Part shown: positions 32,959-41,406 of the stretch, one piece after another
Layout: each line of letters opens with the position of its first letter
Numbering within the stretch: the first letter of the stretch is position 1
Assembly: GCA_049697735.1 (NCBI GenBank)
Contig: JBAVWI010000020.1
Location: forward strand, 7,174-71,173
DNA: 64,000 nt
Reading direction: 5' to 3'
DNA from: Solirubrobacteraceae bacterium
Lineage (GTDB): Bacteria; Actinomycetota; Thermoleophilia; Solirubrobacterales; Solirubrobacteraceae
Translations under genes and position numbers: made by a program
Notes under the pieces: model-generated
What the model saw: the letters and a program-made list of their open reading frames with translations, nothing else
The model's database searches: none
What the model was told of the DNA's origin: nothing

Positions 32959-33786
32959 ATGGCTAACAAGACATGGTTCATAACCGGTACTTCGCGCGGC
33001 TTCGGCCGCGAGTGGACGAAGGCGGCCCTGGAGCGCGGGGACCGCGTCGCCGCCACCGCGCGTGACGCAAGCACGCTTGACGACCTAAAGGCGGAGCACG
33101 GCGACGCGCTGCTGCCGCTGACCCTGGATGTCACCAACCGAGAGGCGGCGTTTGGCGCCGTCAAACAGGCCCACGAGCATTTCGGTCGGCTGGACATCGT
33201 CGTCAACAACGCGGGCTACGGCCACTTCGGAATGGTGGAAGAGATCTCAGAGCAGGAGGCTCGGGCCCAGATCGAGACCAACCTCTTCGGCGCGCTGTGG
33301 GTGACGCAAGCTGCGCTTCCGTTCCTGCGTGAGCAAGGCAGCGGCCACATCATCCAGGTGTCGTCGATCGGGGGCATCTCGGCGTTCCCGAGTGTCGGCA
33401 TCTATCACGCCTCCAAGTGGGGTCTGGAGGGGATCAGTCAGGCGCTGGCCCAGGAGGTCAAGGAGTTCGGGATCAACGTCACGCTGGTCGAGCCCGGCGG
33501 ATTTTCGACCGACTGGAGTGGTCCTTCGTCCAAGCGCTCGGAGCCCAACCCCGTCTACGACGCAATCCGAGAGCGCCAGCAGCAGCGGCGCGCCAGCAAC
33601 GCGCCGGGTGACCCGACCGCCTCGGCCGCGGCGATCATGCGCGTCGTCGACGCCGATCCCCCGCCGCTGCGGGTGTTCTTCGGCACCGCACCGCTGGGTA
33701 TCGCCGAGACCGATTACGAGGGCCGCCTCGCGACATGGCGCGAGTGGCAGCCGGTGGCTGAGCTGGCTCAGGGAGACGCCCAGTAG
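32959..33786 (+). CDS. short-chain dehydrogenase/reductase (classical SDR)
   Basis: TWFITGTSRGFG (TGxxxGxG), NNAG, and S...YHASK catalytic residues. No Shine-Dalgarno sequence. TAGGAT (32947-32952) ends 6 nt before the ATG. Confidence 0.9.
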   Translation: MANKTWFITGTSRGFGREWTKAALERGDRVAATARDASTLDDLKAEHGDALLPLTLDVTNREAAFGAVKQAHEHFGRLDIVVNNAGYGHFGMVEEISEQEARAQIETNLFGALWVTQAALPFLREQGSGHIIQVSSIGGISAFPSVGIYHASKWGLEGISQALAQEVKEFGINVTLVEPGGFSTDWSGPSSKRSEPNPVYDAIRERQQQRRASNAPGDPTASAAAIMRVVDADPPPLRVFFGTAPLGIAETDYEGRLATWREWQPVAELAQGDAQ

Positions 33787-33860
33787 CTGCGCTGCCGCGC
33801 TGACCTGTACCGCCCGGCGCACGCGCTCCGTGATGACGGCGGCGGGCGTAGAGTCCGCGC

Positions 33861-34160
33861 ATGCCCACCTTCGTCCTTCGCCTCATCGCCCCGCGTCCGA
33901 ACTTCGCCCTGACTCTGACCGAGTCAGAGCGGGAGATAATGAACGCCCACGCCGCCCACTGGCAGCCGTATCTCGAGCGTGGTGACATGGTCGTGTTCGG
34001 CCCAGTGCTTACCGACGAGGACTCCTACGGCCTCGCGGTTGTCGACACGAACGACGAGCAGGCGCTGCGCGAGTTCGCGGCCCAAGACCCGGTCGTGACG
34101 ACCGGAACTGCGGCCTTCGAGCTCGGGCGGCTGGCCGCGGGTCATGTTCGCGGGTCCTGA
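33861..34160 (+). CDS. YciI-like family protein
   Basis: 99 aa. HAAHWQPYLERGDMVVFGPVLTDEDSYGLAVVDTNDEQALREFAAQDPVV. Confidence 0.7.
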   Translation: MPTFVLRLIAPRPNFALTLTESEREIMNAHAAHWQPYLERGDMVVFGPVLTDEDSYGLAVVDTNDEQALREFAAQDPVVTTGTAAFELGRLAAGHVRGS

Positions 34161-34222
34161 CTCGTTCGCGAGTCCTGACTCTTTGGGTAGCGCCTGAATA
34201 CGGAGTTCCGCCAGGCAGGCGC

Positions 34223-36367
34223 TCACGGCGAGATCAGCGGGCCAACCGCTGCGGGTCGGCTGGCCGTCTGTGCCAGCTGGAGCCTGGCCGAGGCCACGCG
34301 GTCGAGGGTCACGGCGATGCGGCTCGCGCCAAGGTCGCGCGCGACTCTCAAGTCGTCAGCGTCAAGGCTGGGGACGAGTGCCCAGCGTGCCGGCGGTGAA
34401 TCGATCCCCGGCGCTGGTCGCTGCTCCACGGCCCAAGCGACCATCGCCCCTTCAGGGATTTCGGCGGAGCCCGGTGAGGCCTCCGCGATGACCGGGGTGC
34501 CCGCACCGGCCGCGAGCACCAGCTCGTGAGCCGGGGCGACCTGGGCGGCGGGCACGATCAGATGGGTGAGCCACGCGGGCTGCTGGCGAAGCTGGGTGGC
34601 CAGCCCCGCCATCCACCCCCGATCCGCAGCGCGGGAGAGGTCCAGGGCGGCAACCCAGCCCGCGACGCTCAACTCGCGCCTAACGGACCGGGACGTACCC
34701 ACGCTGGCTGGCCGTGGGGTGTCGGCGTCGGGGAGGGCGTGCGCGGGGCTCAGCTGGAGGATCACGCCGTCGGCACCGGAGGCTGGGGCGAGGTCGATCT
34801 CCGCTACGGAGGTAACCAGGGCGTCGACGGCCAGGTCGCGCAGTTGGTCGGCCCATTCCAGCAGCTCATCGAGGCCCTCCGGTTGACGCGGGGAGAGGAC
34901 CGGGACTGGGCCCAGGATGACCAGTCCGCCATCCCCGTCCACCGAGAGCACGTCGCCCTCGTTGACCGTGACTGCGCCGATGCGAAGGTAACGTCCGAAC
35001 TCGCTGATCTCGATCTCCTCGGCCCCGCAGACGCAGCAGCGTCCGAGCCCACGGGTTACCACGGCGGCATGGCTCGTCTTGCCTCCGCGGGTGGTCAGCA
35101 GGGCCTCCGCGGCGAGGATGCCGTCGAAGTCCTCGGGACGCGTCTCCCGCCGGGCCAAGATCACCGCCTCACCGGCCTCTCGCCGCCCGATCGCGGCGCG
35201 GCTGTCGAAAACCACGGGGCCGGTGACCAGTCCGGGCGAGGCCCCGATGCCGGTGGTCAGCACCCGGTGAGGATCGAGCCGATCGAGATCCAGATGCGGG
35301 CGAAGCTCATCCTCCAGCGCCCGGGCGTCGACGCGGGCGATCGCCTCGGACGCGTCGATCACGCCATCGCGGGCGAGCTCGAAGGCGATACGGACTGCGG
35401 CAGGCGCCGAGCGTTGGCCGATTCGAGTCTGGAGGATCCACAGCTCGCCTCGCTCGACGGTGAACTCGATCTCGCACATATCGCGGTAGTGGGCCTCGAT
35501 CGCCCGGGCGGTCGCGGTCAGCTCGGCGTGCGCGTCCGGAACCAGCCGGGACATCTCCCCGAGATCGGCGGCATTGTGGGTTCCGGCCACGATGTCCTCC
35601 CCTTGGGCGTCGGCAAGGTAGTCGCCGAACAGCTCGGGCGCCCCGGTCGACGGATTCCTGGTGAAGAGGACACCAGTCCCTGACCGCGGTCCCGCGTTGC
35701 CGAACACCATGGCCTGGACGACCACCGCCGTGCCCGTGTCGGCGAGCTTGCGAAACCGGCGATAGGCCCGGGCCCGAGGACTGTTCCAGCTCTCGATAAC
35801 GGCGGCCACGGACTGCCTGAGCTGTACCCAGGGGTCGTCGGGAAACGGCTCGCCAGTGGCCTTCGCGTAGGCCTCGAGCCGCACGGCGACTGTCTGCTCA
35901 GGATCATCGGACGCCTGAAGCTGCTCGGTCGAGAGTCCCCGGACCGTGGTCCCGAAGCTATGGATGAGGCGCGCGTAGCAGTCCTGGGCCAGGGAGGGGC
36001 TGCCGAACTGACGCGCCAGGCCGGCCACGGTGGTCGGTCCGACGCCGACGTTGAGGATCGTGTCCATCATTCCGGGCATCGAAGTCGGCGCGCCGGAGCG
36101 GACGCTGACCAGCAGGGGCTGCTGGGGGTCGCCGAAAGCTCGCCCCAGCACCGCACCGACCCCGGTCAGGGCGAATCTGATCTCATCCATGAGCCCGCCG
36201 GGAATCTCACCGCTCGCGGCGTAGGCACGTGAGGCGGCGGTGGTGACCACGAAGCCGGGAGGCACCGCGACCCCGAGCCTGGTCAGCTCGCCGAGGTGGG
36301 CTCCCTTCCCGCCCAGCAGCGCGGTGGCCTCGCGGCCCCCCTCGTGGAAGCCGACTACGTAGCCCAT
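34223..36367 (-). CDS. pyruvate,phosphate dikinase-like protein: intact ATP-grasp and phosphohistidine swivel domains, truncated/degenerate C-terminal domain
   Basis: 714 aa from ATG 36367. PPDK signatures run up to the swivel His: LLGGKGAHLGEL, LLVSVRSGAPTSMPGMMDTILNVG, RNPSTGAPELFGDYLADAQGEDIVAG, DMCEIEFTVERGELWILQTR, TTRGGKTSHAAVVTRGLGRCCV. After LDELLEWADQLRDLAV only ~215 aa remain, and I see no CRTEHMF-type motif. Confidence 0.8.
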   Translation of the reverse strand: MGYVVGFHEGGREATALLGGKGAHLGELTRLGVAVPPGFVVTTAASRAYAASGEIPGGLMDEIRFALTGVGAVLGRAFGDPQQPLLVSVRSGAPTSMPGMMDTILNVGVGPTTVAGLARQFGSPSLAQDCYARLIHSFGTTVRGLSTEQLQASDDPEQTVAVRLEAYAKATGEPFPDDPWVQLRQSVAAVIESWNSPRARAYRRFRKLADTGTAVVVQAMVFGNAGPRSGTGVLFTRNPSTGAPELFGDYLADAQGEDIVAGTHNAADLGEMSRLVPDAHAELTATARAIEAHYRDMCEIEFTVERGELWILQTRIGQRSAPAAVRIAFELARDGVIDASEAIARVDARALEDELRPHLDLDRLDPHRVLTTGIGASPGLVTGPVVFDSRAAIGRREAGEAVILARRETRPEDFDGILAAEALLTTRGGKTSHAAVVTRGLGRCCVCGAEEIEISEFGRYLRIGAVTVNEGDVLSVDGDGGLVILGPVPVLSPRQPEGLDELLEWADQLRDLAVDALVTSVAEIDLAPASGADGVILQLSPAHALPDADTPRPASVGTSRSVRRELSVAGWVAALDLSRAADRGWMAGLATQLRQQPAWLTHLIVPAAQVAPAHELVLAAGAGTPVIAEASPGSAEIPEGAMVAWAVEQRPAPGIDSPPARWALVPSLDADDLRVARDLGASRIAVTLDRVASARLQLAQTASRPAAVGPLISP

Positions 36368-36419
36368 AGGGGGCAAGTGTGACCGCAAACCAAGCCCGAC
36401 ACAGAACCTAGCCTACCAC

Positions 36420-36431
36420 CCAACCGGTTGG
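36420..36431. promoter_or_regulatory. operator-like palindrome CCAACCGGTTGG (site 1)
   Basis: Perfect 12-bp palindrome in the divergent gap between the PPDK-like gene and hyuA. Flanks are CCTACCAC...TAGG. Confidence 0.6.
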
Positions 36432-36511
36432 TAGGGAGCCTCGGAACCAGCCTGCAGCTACGGTTCCGGCTTGAGTTGACATGGAAGATCACCGCCTCTA
36501 GGATGAGCCTC

Positions 36512-36523
36512 CCAACTGGTTGG
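36512..36523. promoter_or_regulatory. operator-like palindrome CCAACTGGTTGG (site 2)
   Basis: Same gap, about 75 nt before GTG 36599. Followed by TTGGG. Confidence 0.6.
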
Positions 36524-36598
36524 TTGGGACTCGAGTGAGAGGGATTAGGCACGCGCTCTCGTAGGGCCTGCCGCTGACCCGAAGGGAGCTGGTTAAGC

Positions 36599-38704
36599 GT
36601 GAGCTACATCTGCGGCATCGATGTCGGCGGGACGTTCACGGACTGCGTGGTGGTCGGCGCAGACGGCACGGTGACGGTGGCGAAGTCCTCGTCGACTCCG
36701 GGGGACTTCTCGCGAGGCATTTTTGACGTGCTCGGCGTCGCCGCCGGGCAGCTCGGCCTCGAGGAGAGCGAGTTTTTGGGAAGCATCACGGCCCTGTTTC
36801 ACGGCACGACGGTGGCCACCAACGCGATGGTGGAGCGCAAGGGCGTCGACTCGGCGATGTTGGTCACCCGAGGTCACCGCGATGTCCTCAGCATCATGCG
36901 AGGCGCTGGCCGCACCGCAGGGCTCGCGCCTGAGCAATACCTGCAGGTCTCGGTGGCCAACAAGCCGGCGCCGATCGTGCCGCGCAAGCGGATCGGTGAG
37001 ATTGCCGAACGAGTCGACGCCAAGGGTCAGGTGGTGGTCGAGCTCGACGAGGAGTCGGCGCGAGCGACGGTGCGCCACCTGCTCGGGCTCGGAGTACGGA
37101 GCATCGGCGTCTGCCTATTGTGGTCCTTTCAGAACGCGGGCCACGAGGAACGCCTCAAGGAGATCATCCTCGAAGAGGCCGGCGGTGACACGTACGTCAC
37201 GCTGTCCTCGGAGCTGATCCCCAAGTGGGGGGAGTACGAGCGAGCCGTCGGGACGGCCATCAATGGCTACATCGGGCCGCTCGTGCGCGATTACCTCTCG
37301 GATCTCCGCGAGCGTGGCACCGAGCTGGGGATGAACGGCCGAATCCTCATCATGCAGGCCAGTGGAGGCCTGGCCGAGGCGGCACGCATTGTCGACGTGG
37401 CGGTTCAGACCATCGGCTCCGGCCCGGTGGCTGGGGTCACCGGCTCTAGCCGGTTCGGGGACGAGATGGGAACGCCGAACGTGATCTGCACCGACATGGG
37501 CGGTACCACGTTTGACGTCGGGCTGGTCGTCGACGGGCGGCCGGTCCGCCGAGCGTCGAGCATCGTCAGCCAGTATGAGTACGCCCTGCCCCAGGTCGAC
37601 GTGCGGTCGGTCGGCGCCGGGGGCGGGAGCATCGCCTGGATCGATTCCGTGTCCAAAGCCCTGCGTGTCGGTCCCCAGAGCGCGGGCGCCGCACCGGGGC
37701 CGGCCGCCTACGGACAGGGTGGCCTCGAGCCGACCGTCACCGACGCCGACCTGATCCTCGGCTACATCGACCCCAACAGCTTCCTGGGCGGCAACATGAA
37801 GCTCGATCGTCAACTGGCCGAGGCGGCCCTGGACCGGGTCGCCGAGCCTCTCGGCCTCGGCCGGTCGGAGCTGGCGGCCGGGATTGTGCAGATCGTCGAG
37901 ACTCAGATGGCCGAGCTGATCCGCCAGATGACAGTGCAGAGCGGGTATGACCCGCGCGACTTCGTCGTCTATGCCTACGGTGGTGCCGGCCCCACCCACG
38001 GGGTCGGCTACGCGGCCGAACTCGGTGCGCGCTCGGTGGTGGTTCCCCTGCTCGATCTGGGGGCGGTCTGGTCGGCCTTCGGGGTGGCGGCCAGCGACCT
38101 GGTCGAGCTTGTGGAGTCAACCGACATCATGCGCCAGCCGTTCGATCTCGAGCGGCTGAACAACTCGCTGAGCGGGTTGGAGAGCACCGCGCGCGAGCGG
38201 CTGGTGTCCCAGGGGGTGGCCGCCGAGGACGTCGAGGTGACCCGTCGGGCGTTCCTGCGCTACACGGCCCAGATCCACGAGGTCGATGTCCTGGTCGGGT
38301 CCGGCCCGGTGGACGAAGCTTCGGCGGCACAGCTGGTGGCGGAGTTTCAGGAGCGCTACGAGCAGCTGTTCGGCAAGGGCTCAGGGTTCGCCGGGGCCGG
38401 CATCGAGCTGGTCAGCGTCAGCGCCGAGGGTCGCGGACGCCTTGAGTCCCAGCGCCAGGTCGCCGAGCACGTGACGCACCGGGCCACCGGTACCGGGCAG
38501 ACAAGAGAGCTCGCGGCCCGGGAGGTCTACTGGCCGCGAGAAGGAGTGCGCATGACCACCAGCGTGTTCGACGGTGCATCACTTCGCCCCGGGGACCAGA
38601 TGTCAGGCCCCGCAATCGCCGAGCTTCCGCACACGACGATCGTCATCCCGCCCGGCTACACGGCCGTGATCGACGAATTCGGCGATTGCGTGATCGAGCT
38701 CTGA
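36599..38704 (+). CDS. hydantoinase A / oxoprolinase / acetone-carboxylase-beta family ATPase subunit
   Basis: 701 aa. MSYICGIDVGGTFTD, TTVATNAMVERKG, MGGTTFDVGLV, GPQSAGAAPGPAAYGQGG, and other actin-fold hydantoinase_A signatures. Confidence 0.9.
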   Translation: MSYICGIDVGGTFTDCVVVGADGTVTVAKSSSTPGDFSRGIFDVLGVAAGQLGLEESEFLGSITALFHGTTVATNAMVERKGVDSAMLVTRGHRDVLSIMRGAGRTAGLAPEQYLQVSVANKPAPIVPRKRIGEIAERVDAKGQVVVELDEESARATVRHLLGLGVRSIGVCLLWSFQNAGHEERLKEIILEEAGGDTYVTLSSELIPKWGEYERAVGTAINGYIGPLVRDYLSDLRERGTELGMNGRILIMQASGGLAEAARIVDVAVQTIGSGPVAGVTGSSRFGDEMGTPNVICTDMGGTTFDVGLVVDGRPVRRASSIVSQYEYALPQVDVRSVGAGGGSIAWIDSVSKALRVGPQSAGAAPGPAAYGQGGLEPTVTDADLILGYIDPNSFLGGNMKLDRQLAEAALDRVAEPLGLGRSELAAGIVQIVETQMAELIRQMTVQSGYDPRDFVVYAYGGAGPTHGVGYAAELGARSVVVPLLDLGAVWSAFGVAASDLVELVESTDIMRQPFDLERLNNSLSGLESTARERLVSQGVAAEDVEVTRRAFLRYTAQIHEVDVLVGSGPVDEASAAQLVAEFQERYEQLFGKGSGFAGAGIELVSVSAEGRGRLESQRQVAEHVTHRATGTGQTRELAAREVYWPREGVRMTTSVFDGASLRPGDQMSGPAIAELPHTTIVIPPGYTAVIDEFGDCVIEL

Positions 38705-38728
38705 GCGCCGAGACCAACCAGGAGAGAC

Positions 38729-41062
38729 ATGGCCACACTTGAGAACAACGTAATCGCCGAGAACTGGAACGAGGCCAGCGACGGTTACCTGGCGCCGCAA
38801 CGGATCAGCACCACGGCACCCCTGCACACGGAGTCCAAGCTCGATATTGACCCCATCTCCTATGAGGTCATCCGTCACGCGCTCTGGAACATCAACATCG
38901 AGCACGGCGAGACGATCCTCAAGGTTTCCGGATCGCCGATCGCGCTCTACTCGCATGACTTCAACCCGGCGATCACCGCCGAGGACGGAGAGCTCGTGTA
39001 CTTCGGGCAGTACGTGCAGCATCTCTGCGCGGGTGCGCCGGCCGGAGTGAAGTGGACGCTCGAGTACCGCGATGTCAACCCCGGCATTGCCGACGGCGAC
39101 ATCTTCCTGACCAACGATCCGTGGATCTCCTGTAACCATCAGCAGGACATCGTTCTGCTCAAGCCAGTCTTCTGGGAGGGAGCGATCTTCGCCTGGGTGA
39201 CGAGCACGCTGCACCACTACGACCTGGGCGGGACGACGCCAGGGAGCTTCTGCCCCGATGCCAAGGACATCTACTACGAGCCGTCCCCAATCCCGCCGAT
39301 CAAGATCGTCGAGGGCAACGTCATCAGGATCGACGTCGAGGACATGGTCCTGCGCAAGTCCCGGCTGCCCGACCTGGTCAAGCTCGATCTACACGCGATG
39401 ATCGCGGGCTGCAACGTCGCCGAGCGGCGCATGCACGGGTTGTGCGAGAAGTACGAACCCGCGGTCGTCAAGGGGGCAATGAAGAAGATCAGTGACAACT
39501 CCGAGCAGGTCTTCCTGGCTCGGCTTCGCGATATCCCGGACGGCGTCTGGCGCGACCGCACCTACCTGGAGATGGCCCTGCCTGGCGACCGCGAGATCTA
39601 CAAGTTCGAGCTCTCGGTGACCAAGGAAGGTGACACGCTGACCTTCCGCAACGAGGGCACCGATCCCCAGTACGGCGCGATCAACAGCACTATCGTGGGC
39701 TTCCGCGGCTCGATCATGACCGGCCTGATCGGCGCCTTCCTCCACGATCAGCTGTTCGCTTACGGCGGCCCCATGCGCCACATCAAGTTCGAGCCGACGC
39801 CGGGCACGCTGACGTGCGCCCGCTATCCCGCCGCCGTCACCTGTGCCCCGAACACCGGCATGCTTGTCGTACTCTCGCAGGCCAACGCGGTGATCTCCAA
39901 GATGATCTCCTGCTCGGCTAACGAGGCGGATCGCCGCGAAGCGACAGCGAAGTTCGGCGGCAGCCAGTTCCCGATTCTCTCGCTGGCCGGGACCGACCAG
40001 TGGGGTGGCCAGTTCGCCACCGTGCTGTTGGACCCGATGATGTCCGGGATCGGCGCCTTCAGCCACCGCGATGGCGTCTCCACCGGCGGGTACCCATTTG
40101 ACCCCAAGGCGATCGCCCCCAATGTCGAGTTCAACGAACAGTTCTTTCCCATCCTCTACCTCCATCGGACCGAGCTGGCGGACTCGGCCGGACCCGGTCG
40201 CTTCCGGGGCGGCGCCAGCGCTTCGTGGGCGGTGGTCCCCCATGGGACCGAGGAGATCAACCTGGCCACCTCCGCCTCGGGCGTGTGGGTGCCGACCGGC
40301 AACGGCATGTGGGGTGGCGGTACCGCCACCACCAACCGCTTCCGTATCAAGTCGAACACGGACCTCGAGGAGCGCTTCGCGGCCCGCGAGGTCCCGCAGT
40401 TCGACGAGCTGGCGGGCGACACGCGTTACATCGAGCCCAAGGAGACGGGAACCGTCCAGCATCGCGGTGACGTGCTCGAGATCCAGTATCCGGCCGCCGG
40501 CGGATGGGGCGATCCGTTTGAACGTGAGCCGAGCCGGGTTGCGGCCGACGTCGAGGAAGGATTCGTGAGCGTGGAGGGCGCGCGCCGCGACTATGGCGTG
40601 GTGGTGACCGACGACGGCGACGAGGTGAGCGTGGATGCAACCGAGACCGAGCGGGTCCGGTTGGCGGAGACCGATCGCCGGCGCAGGGAAGCGCGGCCCG
40701 CGGTGCCCAGTGAGAACACACGGGTCCCCCGCGGCTCGGGTCGGATGGGACTCGGCGACGCGGTCACCTTGGAGCTCGCCGACGGACACGCCACCTTCCG
40801 CTGCGCGCACTGTGACGCTGAGCTGGGGGTCGACCCGCCTGACTACAAGACGGGCGCCGTGGTCATGGATCGTCCGCTGACCGAGCGCGTTCCCGGCTTT
40901 GTGCCCGGCGACAGCGAAGCCGCCAATCAGCTCGTACATCGCGAGCACTACTGCCCGTCCTGCCTGGTCAGACTCGACGCCGAGGTGGTCCGACAGGACG
41001 AGGCTTCGCTCGTCGACGTCGAGATCTGGGCTCCGCCGGCCTCGATCTGGGAGCAGGCTTGA
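38729..41062 (+). CDS. hydantoinase B / oxoprolinase / acetone-carboxylase-alpha family subunit with C-terminal four-Cys (zinc-ribbon-like) extension
   Basis: 777 aa. DPISYEVIRHALWNI, DGDIFLTNDPW...HQQDI, GPGRFRGG, GGWGDPFEREPSRVAADVEEGFVSVEGARRDYGVV. A ~110-aa tail follows, with CAHC (from 40802) and YCPSC (Cys from 40952). Confidence 0.88.
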   Translation: MATLENNVIAENWNEASDGYLAPQRISTTAPLHTESKLDIDPISYEVIRHALWNINIEHGETILKVSGSPIALYSHDFNPAITAEDGELVYFGQYVQHLCAGAPAGVKWTLEYRDVNPGIADGDIFLTNDPWISCNHQQDIVLLKPVFWEGAIFAWVTSTLHHYDLGGTTPGSFCPDAKDIYYEPSPIPPIKIVEGNVIRIDVEDMVLRKSRLPDLVKLDLHAMIAGCNVAERRMHGLCEKYEPAVVKGAMKKISDNSEQVFLARLRDIPDGVWRDRTYLEMALPGDREIYKFELSVTKEGDTLTFRNEGTDPQYGAINSTIVGFRGSIMTGLIGAFLHDQLFAYGGPMRHIKFEPTPGTLTCARYPAAVTCAPNTGMLVVLSQANAVISKMISCSANEADRREATAKFGGSQFPILSLAGTDQWGGQFATVLLDPMMSGIGAFSHRDGVSTGGYPFDPKAIAPNVEFNEQFFPILYLHRTELADSAGPGRFRGGASASWAVVPHGTEEINLATSASGVWVPTGNGMWGGGTATTNRFRIKSNTDLEERFAAREVPQFDELAGDTRYIEPKETGTVQHRGDVLEIQYPAAGGWGDPFEREPSRVAADVEEGFVSVEGARRDYGVVVTDDGDEVSVDATETERVRLAETDRRRREARPAVPSENTRVPRGSGRMGLGDAVTLELADGHATFRCAHCDAELGVDPPDYKTGAVVMDRPLTERVPGFVPGDSEAANQLVHREHYCPSCLVRLDAEVVRQDEASLVDVEIWAPPASIWEQA

Positions 41063-41073
41063 GCGCCTCTCCG

Positions 41074-41406
41074 ATGAGCATCGTTGGACGCGGCACGTTG
41101 GTGTCCGGCGATGGGTTCGAGGGTCGCCTCGTTCGCGCCGACGACGTTGACGCCGTACTCGATCTCCTCGGCCAGGACCTGGGCGAGGCGGTTCTGCTCA
41201 CTGACCAGGCTTCGGCGACAGCGGTGGCACCGCTGTTGACCAGCCTGGCCGGCGTGGTCTGCACCCAGGGTGGTCACACCGCCCACCTGGCGATCGTCTC
41301 GCGGGCCCTGGGCCTGCCGTGTCTGATGGGGGCCATCTTTGAAGCCGAGGCGCAGCCCGGGGCGCGAGTTCGGGTCACCGATGACGGGGCGGTCCACTCC
41401 GGATGA
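41074..41406 (+). CDS. free-standing PEP-utilizer mobile ('swivel') phosphohistidine domain protein
   Basis: 110 aa (115 if TTG 41059, which overlaps the hyuB stop). GRLVRADDVD...AVLLTDQASATAVAPLLTSLAGVVCTQGGHTAHLAIVSRALGLPCLMGA aligns by eye with the GGxT(S/A)HAAI(V/L)xRxxGxP swivel motif, including the His. Confidence 0.75.
   Translation: MSIVGRGTLVSGDGFEGRLVRADDVDAVLDLLGQDLGEAVLLTDQASATAVAPLLTSLAGVVCTQGGHTAHLAIVSRALGLPCLMGAIFEAEAQPGARVRVTDDGAVHSG

Noticed and set aside
34159-34222. Small hairpins after the YciI gene (GACTCG-ttcg-CGAGTC at 34159-34174; GCGCCTG...CAGGCGC at 34190-34222) as terminators.
   Set aside because: The stems are only 6-7 bp, the second has a 19-nt loop and abuts the convergent gene's stop, and there is no U-tract. 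This is too weak to call.
36443-36467. Inverted repeat CGGAACC-(loop)-GGTTCCG between the two operator sites in the PPDK-like/hyuA gap.
   Set aside because: It is a single occurrence with a short stem and a ~11-nt loop. It has no equivalent in the other promoter gaps, so I cannot distinguish it from chance or assign a role.
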